DNA from: Patescibacteria group bacterium
Lineage (GTDB): Bacteria > Patescibacteriota > Patescibacteriia > UBA2591 > JAQUPP01
NCBI GenBank assembly: GCA_028716665.1
Contig: JAQUPP010000001.1
Coordinates: forward strand, 192,467-256,466
Direction of reading: 5' to 3'
Length of the DNA stretch: 64,000 bases
Below are positions 1-9,095 of the stretch, one piece after another; position 1 is the stretch's first letter, and every line of letters begins with the position of its first letter. The notes under the pieces were generated by a model. That model was not told where the DNA came from and did no database searches. It saw nothing but the letters and a program-made list of their open reading frames with translations. The position numbers were made by a program, and so were the translations under genes.

Positions 1-2820
1 TCTTATATTGACAGCGAAAAAATTGGTAAAGATTTTAATAAAGAGATTGAAGAATTATTAAACTCTTTAAATAAAGAGGATGCTTTTCCTAAACAGACAG
101 AAGGCGTCTCTCTTGATCAAAAACAAAAAGAAAAACTTAGCCAATCTCTGGGAATGCCTATGGAAGGCATTGAACAGACTTTAGTTAATCAAAAAAATCA
201 AATAGAAAATTTAACTATTCAAAAATTCAAAGAACAGAAAGAAAAATTAAGCCAATCCTTGGGGCTGCCTATTGAAATTATTGAACAGGTTTTAGTCAAT
301 CAAAAAAGTAAAATAGAAAACTTAGCCATTCAAAAATTTCAAGCCGAAAAATCTCAAAAAACTCCTCGCTGGAAAAAAACTCTTAAAACAGTAGGGAAAA
401 TGGGTCTTTATATAGGCGGTGGTATCGGGCTTAGTATTTTAACAGGCGGAATAGCAGCCGGAGCAGCTGTTGGCGGAGCAAGAATTATTGAAACATTGAT
501 TAGTGGTAAGATAAAAAGAAAAGAAGATGAAGAAGCCCGAAAGAAAATGCAAGAATTTTTAATTTCTGATTCAGAAGAGGCAAAAACTCTTAAAGAAGAT
601 TTGCAAAAAAATATTTTAGCCGAACTCGCCGTGGCTAAACAACAGCAAGTTGAAGGAAAGGAAAAAGAGACCTCCCAGCTCGGCCAAGAGATTCAAAAAG
701 CTGAAGAAGCTTATACCGGGGGGAAAATTAAAAAGGAAGATCTGAAAACTCTTTACGGACACCAGAAAGACATTTATAAAGATTCAATGAGAAAGTATTT
801 TGAAGAAAGGGGCGAGGGCTTGTCTGGCGAAGAAATGGAAGAAAGAGTCCAGTTGGCCGCTTCTTTAATGGAAATGGATAATAACCAAAAAATTCTAGAA
901 ATGGAATTTAGCGCTAAAAATAAAGGATTTTTCACGAAAGCCCAAAATAAAATGGGAGAAATTTTAGCTCCTCTAGCCGGCGGAAAAACGGAAAAAGAAA
1001 AATTAGTTACGGCCGGTGTTTTTGCCTTTGCCGGTATCTTAGCTAGAACTTGTCCGGTGGTAAGAAATATAATGATGGGTTATGCCGGAATGAAAGTCGG
1101 AGAAGTAGCGGCCTCGGTAATTATAAGAAAGGCGAAAAGATTTGAAATTTTAAAAAGAATTTCTGCCGCTGAATTATTGCCTGAAGTAGATGAAAAAACG
1201 CTCAATTTAGCTAAAACTCAACTTTTAGACCAAGAATTTAAAAAAGAAGATCCTTCCGAATACGCCAAACTTAAAGAGAGAATTTTCGCTATTGAGAAAA
1301 CCAAAATTGAAGAGTCAACTGATTATATTAATAAGGCTAATGAAAAAATGGAAGAAACGGTTAAAGAAAAAATGTCCAAGGAAAAACAGGCTAAAATATT
1401 AAAATGGACGGGAAGAATAGGCGGTTTCGCAGCTGGATTTTTCGCCGGAGAAGCTTTATCAAACCTAAAAAATGAAGAAGCTCATGCAGAAACAAAACAT
1501 TTAGAAACCAAACCAGAAACAATAGTGATAAAACCCGAAGTTTCTCATACCCCAGAGATAAGTAATATAGAAACGGTTGCCAAAGGAGACAATATTTGGA
1601 AATTAGTGGAACGGCAGTTGGAGAAAAGAGGTTTACTTGAGAATTTAGATCAGTCTCAAAAAGATTATATGATTGATTCCTTAAAAGATAAAGTGGTGGC
1701 TAATCCGGAAGATTTTGGTCTTAAAAGCGCAGATCTTATCAATCCTGGTCAGACGATTGATTTTTCTGAAATTTTTAAAGACTCATCTGCTCTCAATACT
1801 CTTCACGAAGCAAGTAAAAATATTTCAGAAGAGGCCTCAAAACATATTGCTGAAAATAGCGAATTTATTAATAATATTTTACATACGCCGGTTGATAAAG
1901 TTTCAGATGAAGATTTACATAAAGCTATAAATATAATGGGCGGAGAAAGACAAGCCGGTTCAGGCATAACACATCCGGACATAACACATGAAGAATTAGT
2001 CAAAAAACTTAATGAAAATTTAAGAATTCGCGATTTTGATGAAGCTTTGCGTCATAAGTCACAATCTTCAGATAGTATAGTTCATACGGAGGCCGCACAG
2101 GGAGTTCATAATATTATTGAACCAACCCCAGTTTCTCATTCAGAAACAGTTACTAATGTTCCCTCGGATTCGACTCATGAAACTACTATAGTTGGAGCAA
2201 CAGAACATGTCAAAACTATCCCCGTAGAAAAAGCAACTCCAGTAGAGTCAGAAGCAGCGCACCATGCAGCCGCGCCAAAATCTCCAGAAATTAAAGATAC
2301 AGTTTCAACACAGGAAGTAGCAGAAGGGGCTAAAGTTGTTTCCTTAGAACAAGCTACCGCAGAGCATCCCTTGATTGTTGAAGGAGCAAAGATTTTTCAA
2401 AGAGATGGAAAATTAATTGTTAACCCAGATTTCGGGCCTGCAGCAATTTTTTCGGGAGATACTCTAAAACCTGATTTGCAATTTGATGGACCAACCGTGT
2501 TTGCTGTTTTAACCGGAGAAGAAAACAAATGGCTGGTTGAAAATCACATAGCTAATCTTGACAGCCTAGTTCAGGAAAAAGGACGAGATATAACACTAGA
2601 AAGAGAGGTATTGGGAACAACCTTTAATGTAGTACGAAATTTTGATAATATCTATGAAGCTTTAAAAGAAGCCAATTTAGGGAACACTTGGCAAGCAGAA
2701 ATTGTTCGGAGATACGTAAACGGACTTATTCAACCATGGATAGATAAGTACGGTGTTGATGGGGCTGAGAAAATTTTTCAAAAAGATATTTTAAAAGAAT
2801 ATAATTTAATTGAACAATAA
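1..2820 (+). CDS. Large repeat-containing, coiled-coil-rich protein with a central Gly/Ala-rich transmembrane segment. It is 5'-partial: frame 1 is open from base 1.
   Basis: The ORF track gives 154..2820, but the same frame has no stop back to position 1. The 37-aa N-terminal repeat unit LSQSLG(M/L)P..EQ(T/V)LVNQK..IENL.IQKF begins upstream of the first ATG. A hydrophobic GLYIGGGIGLSILTGGIAAGAAVGG segment and Glu/Lys-rich coiled-coil text follow. Confidence 0.6.
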   Translation, partial: SYIDSEKIGKDFNKEIEELLNSLNKEDAFPKQTEGVSLDQKQKEKLSQSLGMPMEGIEQTLVNQKNQIENLTIQKFKEQKEKLSQSLGLPIEIIEQVLVNQKSKIENLAIQKFQAEKSQKTPRWKKTLKTVGKMGLYIGGGIGLSILTGGIAAGAAVGGARIIETLISGKIKRKEDEEARKKMQEFLISDSEEAKTLKEDLQKNILAELAVAKQQQVEGKEKETSQLGQEIQKAEEAYTGGKIKKEDLKTLYGHQKDIYKDSMRKYFEERGEGLSGEEMEERVQLAASLMEMDNNQKILEMEFSAKNKGFFTKAQNKMGEILAPLAGGKTEKEKLVTAGVFAFAGILARTCPVVRNIMMGYAGMKVGEVAASVIIRKAKRFEILKRISAAELLPEVDEKTLNLAKTQLLDQEFKKEDPSEYAKLKERIFAIEKTKIEESTDYINKANEKMEETVKEKMSKEKQAKILKWTGRIGGFAAGFFAGEALSNLKNEEAHAETKHLETKPETIVIKPEVSHTPEISNIETVAKGDNIWKLVERQLEKRGLLENLDQSQKDYMIDSLKDKVVANPEDFGLKSADLINPGQTIDFSEIFKDSSALNTLHEASKNISEEASKHIAENSEFINNILHTPVDKVSDEDLHKAINIMGGERQAGSGITHPDITHEELVKKLNENLRIRDFDEALRHKSQSSDSIVHTEAAQGVHNIIEPTPVSHSETVTNVPSDSTHETTIVGATEHVKTIPVEKATPVESEAAHHAAAPKSPEIKDTVSTQEVAEGAKVVSLEQATAEHPLIVEGAKIFQRDGKLIVNPDFGPAAIFSGDTLKPDLQFDGPTVFAVLTGEENKWLVENHIANLDSLVQEKGRDITLEREVLGTTFNVVRNFDNIYEALKEANLGNTWQAEIVRRYVNGLIQPWIDKYGVDGAEKIFQKDILKEYNLIEQ

Positions 2821-2838
2821 AAATTTAATTTTAAATTT

Positions 2839-3153
2839 ATGCCAGAAGAAAATCCAATCAAAAATTTTGTTGACGAACTCGTGCGTCAAGCTGAAATTAA
2901 TTTGCCGCCGGAGGAGATAGATCTCTACAAAGACAAATTAATAGAACAGGTTGAACGTCGATTAGGTTTGACCTCTCTTAACTATTTGGATGAAAAAGGA
3001 TTAGCTGAATATGAGAAAATAATGGATAAAAATCCTGCCTCCGAAGAACTGCAAAATTTTTTCTCTTCTCATATAGAGAATTATCAAGAAAAAATGACTA
3101 AAACACTCGGAGAATTTTCTCAAGAATATTTTGCTTCCTTGAACAGATCTTAG
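2839..3153 (+). CDS. Hypothetical small protein (104 aa)
   Basis: ORF with a tight 19-nt gap to the upstream gene. It is followed by a hairpin terminator. Confidence 0.45.
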   Translation: MPEENPIKNFVDELVRQAEINLPPEEIDLYKDKLIEQVERRLGLTSLNYLDEKGLAEYEKIMDKNPASEELQNFFSSHIENYQEKMTKTLGEFSQEYFASLNRS

Positions 3154-3171
3154 ATAATATTTTTACCGTGC

Positions 3172-3205
3172 GACAGAAAAACCCTGCGGTTTGCCGCAGG
3201 GTTTT
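3172..3205 (+). terminator. Rho-independent terminator hairpin
   Basis: aaaaaccctgcggtttgccgcagggttttt: a GC stem followed by a T-run. Confidence 0.6.
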
Positions 3206-3332
3206 TCTGTTTGAGAAAATAAAAATTATTCAGGAAGAAAATTTGAACCAAGCGATAAAAGTGGTTTTGGGATAGACAAAAAATTTGACAGAACCCCTAT
3301 AACTCTATTGGTAGGTGAAACCTACCACTTAA

Positions 3333-3362
3333 CTAGAAAATGGCCATTGACAATTGGGCCAT
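3333..3362 (+). promoter_or_regulatory. Sigma70-like promoter (TTGACA-N17-TAATAT) embedded in the palindrome aatggccaTTGACAattgggccatt
   Basis: A -35 TTGACA sits inside an 8-bp-arm palindrome, with TAATAT 17 nt downstream. The element lies upstream of the 3382 ORF. Confidence 0.4.
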
Positions 3363-3381
3363 TTTATGATAATATAAATAT

Positions 3382-3690
3382 ATGGCTGAAACACAAACAA
3401 ACGTGCAGACCTTTACTGAAACCATTGCCCAGAAGCGGAAATTAGAGAAAATTATTATTTCTTCATTACTTGACGAGGAGGATAAAAAACTTTGGTTTCA
3501 GCTAATTCATCAACTTAATTTAGAACAAGTTGATATTTTTATTGATTTAATTCAGAATAGCCCGGACAATCTCAATAAATTAACCGCGAATTTAAAAGAG
3601 AAAATAAAAATAATTGCTTCCGGAAATCAGGAATCCATCCAATCTCTTCTTAATGAAGAAGAGAAAATGATTGAGTCGCTGGGCGGCTAA
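3382..3690 (+). CDS. Hypothetical protein (102 aa)
   Basis: ORF preceded by the promoter-like element. Confidence 0.45.
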   Translation: MAETQTNVQTFTETIAQKRKLEKIIISSLLDEEDKKLWFQLIHQLNLEQVDIFIDLIQNSPDNLNKLTANLKEKIKIIASGNQESIQSLLNEEEKMIESLGG

Positions 3691-3711
3691 GATTTATAAA
3701 TAAATTTTAAT

Positions 3712-4596
3712 ATGTCAAATTTTGAACGACAATTTGAACCAGGATCGCAATTTCCGGAGAAAAAAGAATTTAAATCAGATATTACTGCTCAGATTCAAGA
3801 TGGTGAAGAAAGGTTTTCTAATAAATTTTCCAATGCTCCTCGCATAATTGGAAAGTTTATTTATGGTTTAGCTATTTTAACTACTTTTGCCGCTGGCGAA
3901 CCGGCGTTTGCTGCTCAAAAAGAACAAGTTCAACAAACTCAGCAAGAACAAGTAGCGCCTGTCAGTGGAGAACAAATGACCGAACAAGAAAAAGAAACAC
4001 AAAAACATCTTGAGTATTACCAGGAAATCCAAAAAGATTTTAATACAGCTATGGATTCTGCAGATGCCGGAAATAAAAAATTAATGGAGGAATATTTTTT
4101 TGATATTTCAAAAAAAGAACCGAAGGAAGGAATTGGAAAATTTCTTAAAGATGAGCAAATAAAACTTACCTATCAAAATATTTATCCAGCTAAAGTAAAA
4201 TATCTTTCCAATGGTGATGAAATTCAATTTTGGGTTGATCAAGAAGGATTTATTAAAGATAATATAAGATATACATCATTTCCTCCAATGATAGGAAGTG
4301 GTATTATCAATTCCTATAAATTTGTTGAGTTTATGAATGAGCGACATCCTGATAATGCGCCTCCAAGTGATATGACACCATCGCAAAGGATAGAACAGGA
4401 TAGAAAAAATTTAGAGAATGCAATTGATGAAATTAAATTTTACTTACTGGTTTATAAAGAAATAGACAATAATATAGAAGAAGAATATGCGCGTCAAAGA
4501 CTGATTGAGAAGGTAGAAAAGATAACAGCTGATTATGGTCAAGAGGTTTTTCAAGATGGTTTTTGGCAAGAATATCAAAAAATTGTCGGTAAATAA
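3712..4596 (+). CDS. Hypothetical membrane-anchored protein (294 aa)
   Basis: ORF with an N-proximal hydrophobic segment IIGKFIYGLAILTTFAAG. Confidence 0.5.
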   Translation: MSNFERQFEPGSQFPEKKEFKSDITAQIQDGEERFSNKFSNAPRIIGKFIYGLAILTTFAAGEPAFAAQKEQVQQTQQEQVAPVSGEQMTEQEKETQKHLEYYQEIQKDFNTAMDSADAGNKKLMEEYFFDISKKEPKEGIGKFLKDEQIKLTYQNIYPAKVKYLSNGDEIQFWVDQEGFIKDNIRYTSFPPMIGSGIINSYKFVEFMNERHPDNAPPSDMTPSQRIEQDRKNLENAIDEIKFYLLVYKEIDNNIEEEYARQRLIEKVEKITADYGQEVFQDGFWQEYQKIVGK

Positions 4597-4653
4597 AGTG
4601 ATATATAATCAATTAAAAGATTGTTTTTCAAACAATCTCAATGAGGTGAATAT

Positions 4654-4935
4654 ATGAGTGATATAGAACAAGAAGGAGAATTTAATTCCGACGATTCACA
4701 AAATAAAAAAACAGAACTAACTGAGGAAGAAAAATATAGATTAAATGAACTTAGAAATGACCCCGGCGTTGAGCAATATATTAAACTTAAAAATTCTACA
4801 AGTAATATAGAAGGTAAATTTGCAGTAGTGGATACTGGATTTGAAATAGCCCGACAATTATTATTCCGAGAAAATCCTGGTTTAGAAGAAAGAGTAATAG
4901 AATTAGAGGGACTAGAAAGAAAAAATCAAAATTGA
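4654..4935 (+). CDS. Hypothetical acidic small protein (93 aa)
   Basis: ORF with an AGGTGA RBS. It is preceded by the conserved leader hairpin and followed by a terminator. Confidence 0.5.
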   Translation: MSDIEQEGEFNSDDSQNKKTELTEEEKYRLNELRNDPGVEQYIKLKNSTSNIEGKFAVVDTGFEIARQLLFRENPGLEERVIELEGLERKNQN

Positions 4936-4947
4936 TATTTAAATAAA

Positions 4948-4982
4948 AAAAAGACTTGTTAAACAAGTCTTTTTTTTATTTA
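4948..4982. terminator. Bidirectional terminator hairpin between convergent genes
   Basis: aaaaaaaagacttgttaaacaagtctttttttt: a perfect stem with T-runs on both sides. Confidence 0.65.
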
Positions 4983-4990
4983 TCAATTAT

Positions 4991-7636
4991 TTACTCCAAA
5001 TGAGCTGTTTGAGCAAACTGGCTTATTTTATTTTGCAGCAAAGGATAAGTTTTTAAACTGTTATCTTTGTTGAAAACTTTATCAGCCGCTTCTTGAGCTT
5101 CTTTTAAAATAACAACATCGGAAAGTCGGGCAATTTTCAAGTCAGTGAAAAATCCGGCTTGGCTGGTGCCAAAAACTTCTCCCGGTCCGCGCATTTCCAA
5201 ATCCATTTCCGCTAATTCAAAGCCATTTTGAGCGGTAATTAGAGCTTTTAATCTTTGTTTTGCTTTTTCGCCTTCATTTTCCAAAAATAGAAAACAGTGA
5301 GATTGATGTTCGGCTCGGCCGATTCTGCCGCGCAATTGATAAAGCTGGGCCAGTCCGAATCTTTCTGCTCCTTCAACAATCATCACCGAAGCGTTTGGTA
5401 TGTCAATTCCGACTTCAATTACGGTCGTGGAAATTAAAATATTGATTTTATTTTGGTCGAATTTTTTCATTATCTCTTCTTTCTCTTTGGCTTTCATTCG
5501 GCCGTGGAGAAATCCCAAAGTTAAGTCAGGGAATATTTTTTCCGATAATTTTTTATATTCTTCTTTGACTGATTTTACGCCCAGTTGATCAGATTGGTCG
5601 ATTAAAGGGCAAATAACGAAGATTTGACGGCCATTTTTTATTTCTTCGCGGATAAATTTATAAATCTTTTCCGTTTCATCAGGTTTGACAATGCTGGTTA
5701 AAACTTTTTTTCTGCCCGGCGGCATTTCGTCAATAATGGATAAATCCAAATCGCCGTAAAGAGTCAAAGCGACTGAGCGGGGAATCGGGGTGGCGGTCAT
5801 TGATAAAAAATGCGGCATTAACGCGGACTTACACTGACTGGACGCTGACTTACGCGGACTTTCCATGTGATTTTTTTTATTGTCTGTGTCGGTCAGTGCT
5901 TCGTCTGTGTCAGTCTGTTTCATGTAGCCATGAATCGTTCTTTTTATTTGAATATCATCTTTCCCAAAATTGACTAATAACGCCAAATGATAATCGCTGC
6001 TTTTCAAATAATGCCAAATTTGTTCCGTTTCAAATTTACCGATAGAAGGCAAAGCTTTTATTTCCACAATTATTTTATCATCAACGATAAAATCCGGTCT
6101 GTAAGTGCCTATTTTTTCATTATCGTATTGGATATTTATAATTTTTTCTTTTTCAAATTTTATATTATTTTTTTTAAATTCTTTCTCAATTGCTTTTTGA
6201 TAGATATTTTCTTTATGGCCCAAACCAAGTTCTTTTTTAATTTTAAACATTATTCCCCTGATTTGATAAGTTAAATTTTCGTATAACAGATTATTATTTT
6301 TTTTGTCCGTATCAGTCCGTGTTATATCTGCGTTAGTCTGTGTAGATGTGTCTGTGTCTGTCCGTGTTTCGTCCGTGTTAGTCTGTGTCATGTCGGGATT
6401 GGACTTTGCCAGAAACGCGGCTCTTTGCGCTACGCCGAAACGGTGCTGTTCGTCAATAATCGTCATGGCCAAATTCTTGAATTTTACTTTTTCTTGAATT
6501 AAAGAATGAGTGCCGATAATCAATTTTATTTTTCCGGAAGATATTTCTTCATAAATTTTCACTTTTTTATTTTTTTCGTCCTTATTCGTTTTGATATTTT
6601 CACGAGTCAAAAGCCCGATTTTGAACGGGTAATCTTTCAGCAATTCGGTGATATTTTTAAAATGCTGCTCGGCCAAAATTTCAGTCGGAGCCATATAAGC
6701 CACTTGATAACCGTTTAAAAGAACGTTTAAAATGGCTAAAACGCCGACAATGGTTTTTCCGCTGCCTACGTCGCCTTCAAGAAGCCGGTTCATCGGCGCG
6801 CTTGTTTCCAAATTATTGATGATTTCCCAACTGGATTTTCTCTGGGCATCGGTTAGTTTGAAAGGCAAGTTGTCAACAAATTTTTTCGTTTCTTCCAATT
6901 TGAATTCAATTTTCGGCGCGACCAAACTTTTGATTTTTTGGCGGACCAATTGATTGCGGGTTTGAATTAAAAATAATTCGTCAAATTTCAAGCGGTGAGC
7001 GGCTCGTTCCAGCCATTCCCTGTTTTGCGGAAAATGAATTTGCTCCAAGGCAAAAGTAGTACTTGTTAAATTATATTTACTCCTTATTTCTCTGGGCAGC
7101 CAATCTTCAATATCTTGCGTCAAAGGAATGGTCTGGCGGATAAGATAGCGGATTTGTTTTTGGCTCAAATTGACCGTGGCGGGATAAATCGGCACTAATC
7201 GGCCGGTGTGGATCGGATCTTTGCTGTTTACGATTTCGTAGGACGGATTCAGAAATTGCATTCCGTAATAATCGTCAACATCTATTTTTCCGGCCAAATA
7301 AATTTCCAGTCCGGATCGTAAAATTTTTGTTAAAAAAGGCTGGTTGAACCAGACCACTTTAATAGAATCAGTTTTGTCGGAAATAATCGCCTCGGTAATA
7401 ACCATTTTTTTTCGCGGTGAACGGTGATTGGCGATTAAGCTGATTTTTCCTTTAATTGTGCCGGATTTTTTTGTTTTCAATTCGGCAATGGTTAAAATTT
7501 TGCTGTAATCGTCATAGCGAAAAGGAAAATGATACAGCAAATCCTCGGCCGTTTGAATTTTTAATTTTTCCAAACGGTTTAAGGTTGTTTTGCTCGCCGA
7601 AGTCAATTCACTTAATGGTGTTTTGAGACAAGGCAT
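4991..7636 (-). CDS. recG: ATP-dependent DNA helicase RecG carrying an in-frame ~190-aa insertion that contains a GxxExxY / PD-(D/E)XK domain
   Basis: N-terminal wedge-like region. Walker A LEGDVGSGKT, DEQH box IIDEQHRFG and motif III SMTATPIPRS are present. The C-terminal helicase motifs QLRGRIGR are also present. Confidence 0.9.
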   Translation of the reverse strand: MPCLKTPLSELTSASKTTLNRLEKLKIQTAEDLLYHFPFRYDDYSKILTIAELKTKKSGTIKGKISLIANHRSPRKKMVITEAIISDKTDSIKVVWFNQPFLTKILRSGLEIYLAGKIDVDDYYGMQFLNPSYEIVNSKDPIHTGRLVPIYPATVNLSQKQIRYLIRQTIPLTQDIEDWLPREIRSKYNLTSTTFALEQIHFPQNREWLERAAHRLKFDELFLIQTRNQLVRQKIKSLVAPKIEFKLEETKKFVDNLPFKLTDAQRKSSWEIINNLETSAPMNRLLEGDVGSGKTIVGVLAILNVLLNGYQVAYMAPTEILAEQHFKNITELLKDYPFKIGLLTRENIKTNKDEKNKKVKIYEEISSGKIKLIIGTHSLIQEKVKFKNLAMTIIDEQHRFGVAQRAAFLAKSNPDMTQTNTDETRTDTDTSTQTNADITRTDTDKKNNNLLYENLTYQIRGIMFKIKKELGLGHKENIYQKAIEKEFKKNNIKFEKEKIINIQYDNEKIGTYRPDFIVDDKIIVEIKALPSIGKFETEQIWHYLKSSDYHLALLVNFGKDDIQIKRTIHGYMKQTDTDEALTDTDNKKNHMESPRKSASSQCKSALMPHFLSMTATPIPRSVALTLYGDLDLSIIDEMPPGRKKVLTSIVKPDETEKIYKFIREEIKNGRQIFVICPLIDQSDQLGVKSVKEEYKKLSEKIFPDLTLGFLHGRMKAKEKEEIMKKFDQNKINILISTTVIEVGIDIPNASVMIVEGAERFGLAQLYQLRGRIGRAEHQSHCFLFLENEGEKAKQRLKALITAQNGFELAEMDLEMRGPGEVFGTSQAGFFTDLKIARLSDVVILKEAQEAADKVFNKDNSLKTYPLLQNKISQFAQTAHLE

Positions 7637-7843
7637 AATTTCAAAATTATTATAATATTATAATACAAATTTGACTTTTTGGCAAGCCCTCACACCAAAC
7701 TTAACACCTGATTGGCATATTATCAAAATTAGAAGGCGAAGCCGCTTCGCTTTTATTTTTATCTATTAAGAAAGCTTTATGTTGAGTTTTGGTGTGGGGG
7801 CAATAGGGTCAAACCCTTGATATTTATTAACCGAAATTAGAGG

Positions 7844-7871
7844 TTGACATTTAAAATTTTTTTGATAAAAT
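7844..7871 (+). promoter_or_regulatory. Sigma70-like promoter TTGACA-N16-TAAAAT
   Basis: ggTTGACAtttaaaatttttttgaTAAAAT. A second TTGACA-N17-TAAATT lies at 7947..7975, directly before the ATG at 7982, which suggests a possible leaderless mRNA. Confidence 0.4.
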
Positions 7872-7981
7872 AAAATAGTATTAAATCTGTTATCCTGTTC
7901 AAACCGGATGGTTGCGACGGACAATATGGTGGCGGTTTGTGAACCATTGACATTTCAGAAATTCTTTGATAAATTAGATTT

Positions 7982-8590
7982 ATGAAATTTTACGATCAAA
8001 AAGTTGTTCAAGAAGCAAGAAAAGAAAGAAAAAAGGGCTTATCAATCAGAGAAATAGAGAAAAAACTTAAAGTTCCCAATTTTACCATTTCTCGCTGGGT
8101 TAGAGACATTCCCTCTGACGCCAAAGCATTTAATTTAGCCAGACAGAAGGAAGAATTTTTGAAATCTGATTTGCGTAATTTATGCGACAATTTGAAAATC
8201 GATAAAAATCTTGCCAAAATTTTTGTCAGTTTATTATATTGGTGCGAGGGATCAAAATATCCATCCAGTAATTTTGTCGCTTTTTCCAATAGTGATTATA
8301 ACTTGGTTAAAGTATTTCTAGGGCTTTTAAGACGCGGTTTTGAAATTAATGAAGATAAAATCAGAATTCATTTGCAGCTTCATTCAACTCATTCTCCTAA
8401 AGAAATTACGGAATTTTGGAGTGATTTATTGGATGTGCCGACAACTCAATTTTATAAACCGACAATCACAAATCCGACAAATAGAATGAAAAGAATTGAT
8501 TATAGAGGGACATGTACAATTAAATATTTTGATGTTAAACTGTTATTAAAAATTATTGGTCTTTACGAAAGCTTAACTAAAAAGTTATAA
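7982..8590 (+). CDS. Hypothetical protein with an N-terminal HTH. It may be a single-motif LAGLIDADG-type endonuclease.
   Basis: HTH-like segment GLSIREIEKKLKVPNFTISRWV. The motif FVSLLYWCEGSK resembles a LAGLIDADG block. The gene ends 15 nt before tRNA-Ser. Confidence 0.45.
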   Translation: MKFYDQKVVQEARKERKKGLSIREIEKKLKVPNFTISRWVRDIPSDAKAFNLARQKEEFLKSDLRNLCDNLKIDKNLAKIFVSLLYWCEGSKYPSSNFVAFSNSDYNLVKVFLGLLRRGFEINEDKIRIHLQLHSTHSPKEITEFWSDLLDVPTTQFYKPTITNPTNRMKRIDYRGTCTIKYFDVKLLLKIIGLYESLTKKL

Positions 8591-8605
8591 AATAATTTGA
8601 TTTAT

Positions 8606-8696
8606 GGAAGGATGGCCGAGTGGTTTAAGGCGGAGGTTTGCTAAACCTCTGTACGGGTTTTAATCCGTACCGTGGGTTCAAATCCCACTCCTTCCG
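8606..8696 (+). tRNA. tRNA-Ser (anticodon GCT), class II with a long variable arm
   Basis: Manual fold: acceptor GGAAGGA/TCCTTCC, anticodon stem GAGGT/ACCTC, loop TTGCTAA, long variable arm, T-loop TTCAAAT. Confidence 0.85.
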
Positions 8697-8828
8697 TTTT
8701 TAAACGGAAGTGTAGTTATTTGAAATACCCTGTTTAAAAATAGGGTATTCTGGTTTTGTTTTAAATAGATATGGAGAGGTGGCTTCGGCCCGAGGCCGAC
8801 CAGCCTTGGGCTGGGAGCGATATTTTTT

Positions 8829-9086
8829 ATGTATTACGTTTATATTCTAAAAAGTAAAAAGAATAGTAAGCTATATAAAGGATTTACTAACGATTTAAAA
8901 AGAAGAATTAAAGAGCATAACTCCGGTAAATCTGTTTTTACTAAAAATAATGGACCATGGAGTTTAATTTATTACGAGTGTTTTCTCTCAAAAATTGACG
9001 CGGAAAAAGAAGAATTATTTTTAAAGTCAGGGAAAGGTAAAGAGAGAATAAAGTTCTTACTAAAAGATACATTGGAAAAAATATAA
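8829..9086 (+). CDS. GIY-YIG domain endonuclease (85 aa)
   Basis: The N-terminus MYYVYILKS...LYKGFTNDLKRRIKEHN matches the GIY-YIG signature (Y-x-YIL...Y-G-T..L..R...H). Confidence 0.75.
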   Translation: MYYVYILKSKKNSKLYKGFTNDLKRRIKEHNSGKSVFTKNNGPWSLIYYECFLSKIDAEKEELFLKSGKGKERIKFLLKDTLEKI

Positions 9087-9095
9087 AATAAACAT

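Noticed and set aside
1715-2003. Small ORFs 1715..1930 (+) and 1803..2003 (-) inside the large 888-aa gene
   Set aside because: They are alternative-frame or antisense artefacts within a continuous long ORF.
5260-6953. Six plus-strand ORFs (60-95 aa) inside recG
   Set aside because: They are antisense to a well-supported recG frame. Their composition is AT-rich and repeat-driven (for example VSVSVRV from the GTCTGT repeats).
8763-8812. The fragment beginning GGAGAGGTGGC considered as a second tRNA
   Set aside because: It matches the tRNA only over the first 11-13 nt and then diverges into short GC hairpins. It cannot form a cloverleaf. It is interpreted as a target-site duplication instead.
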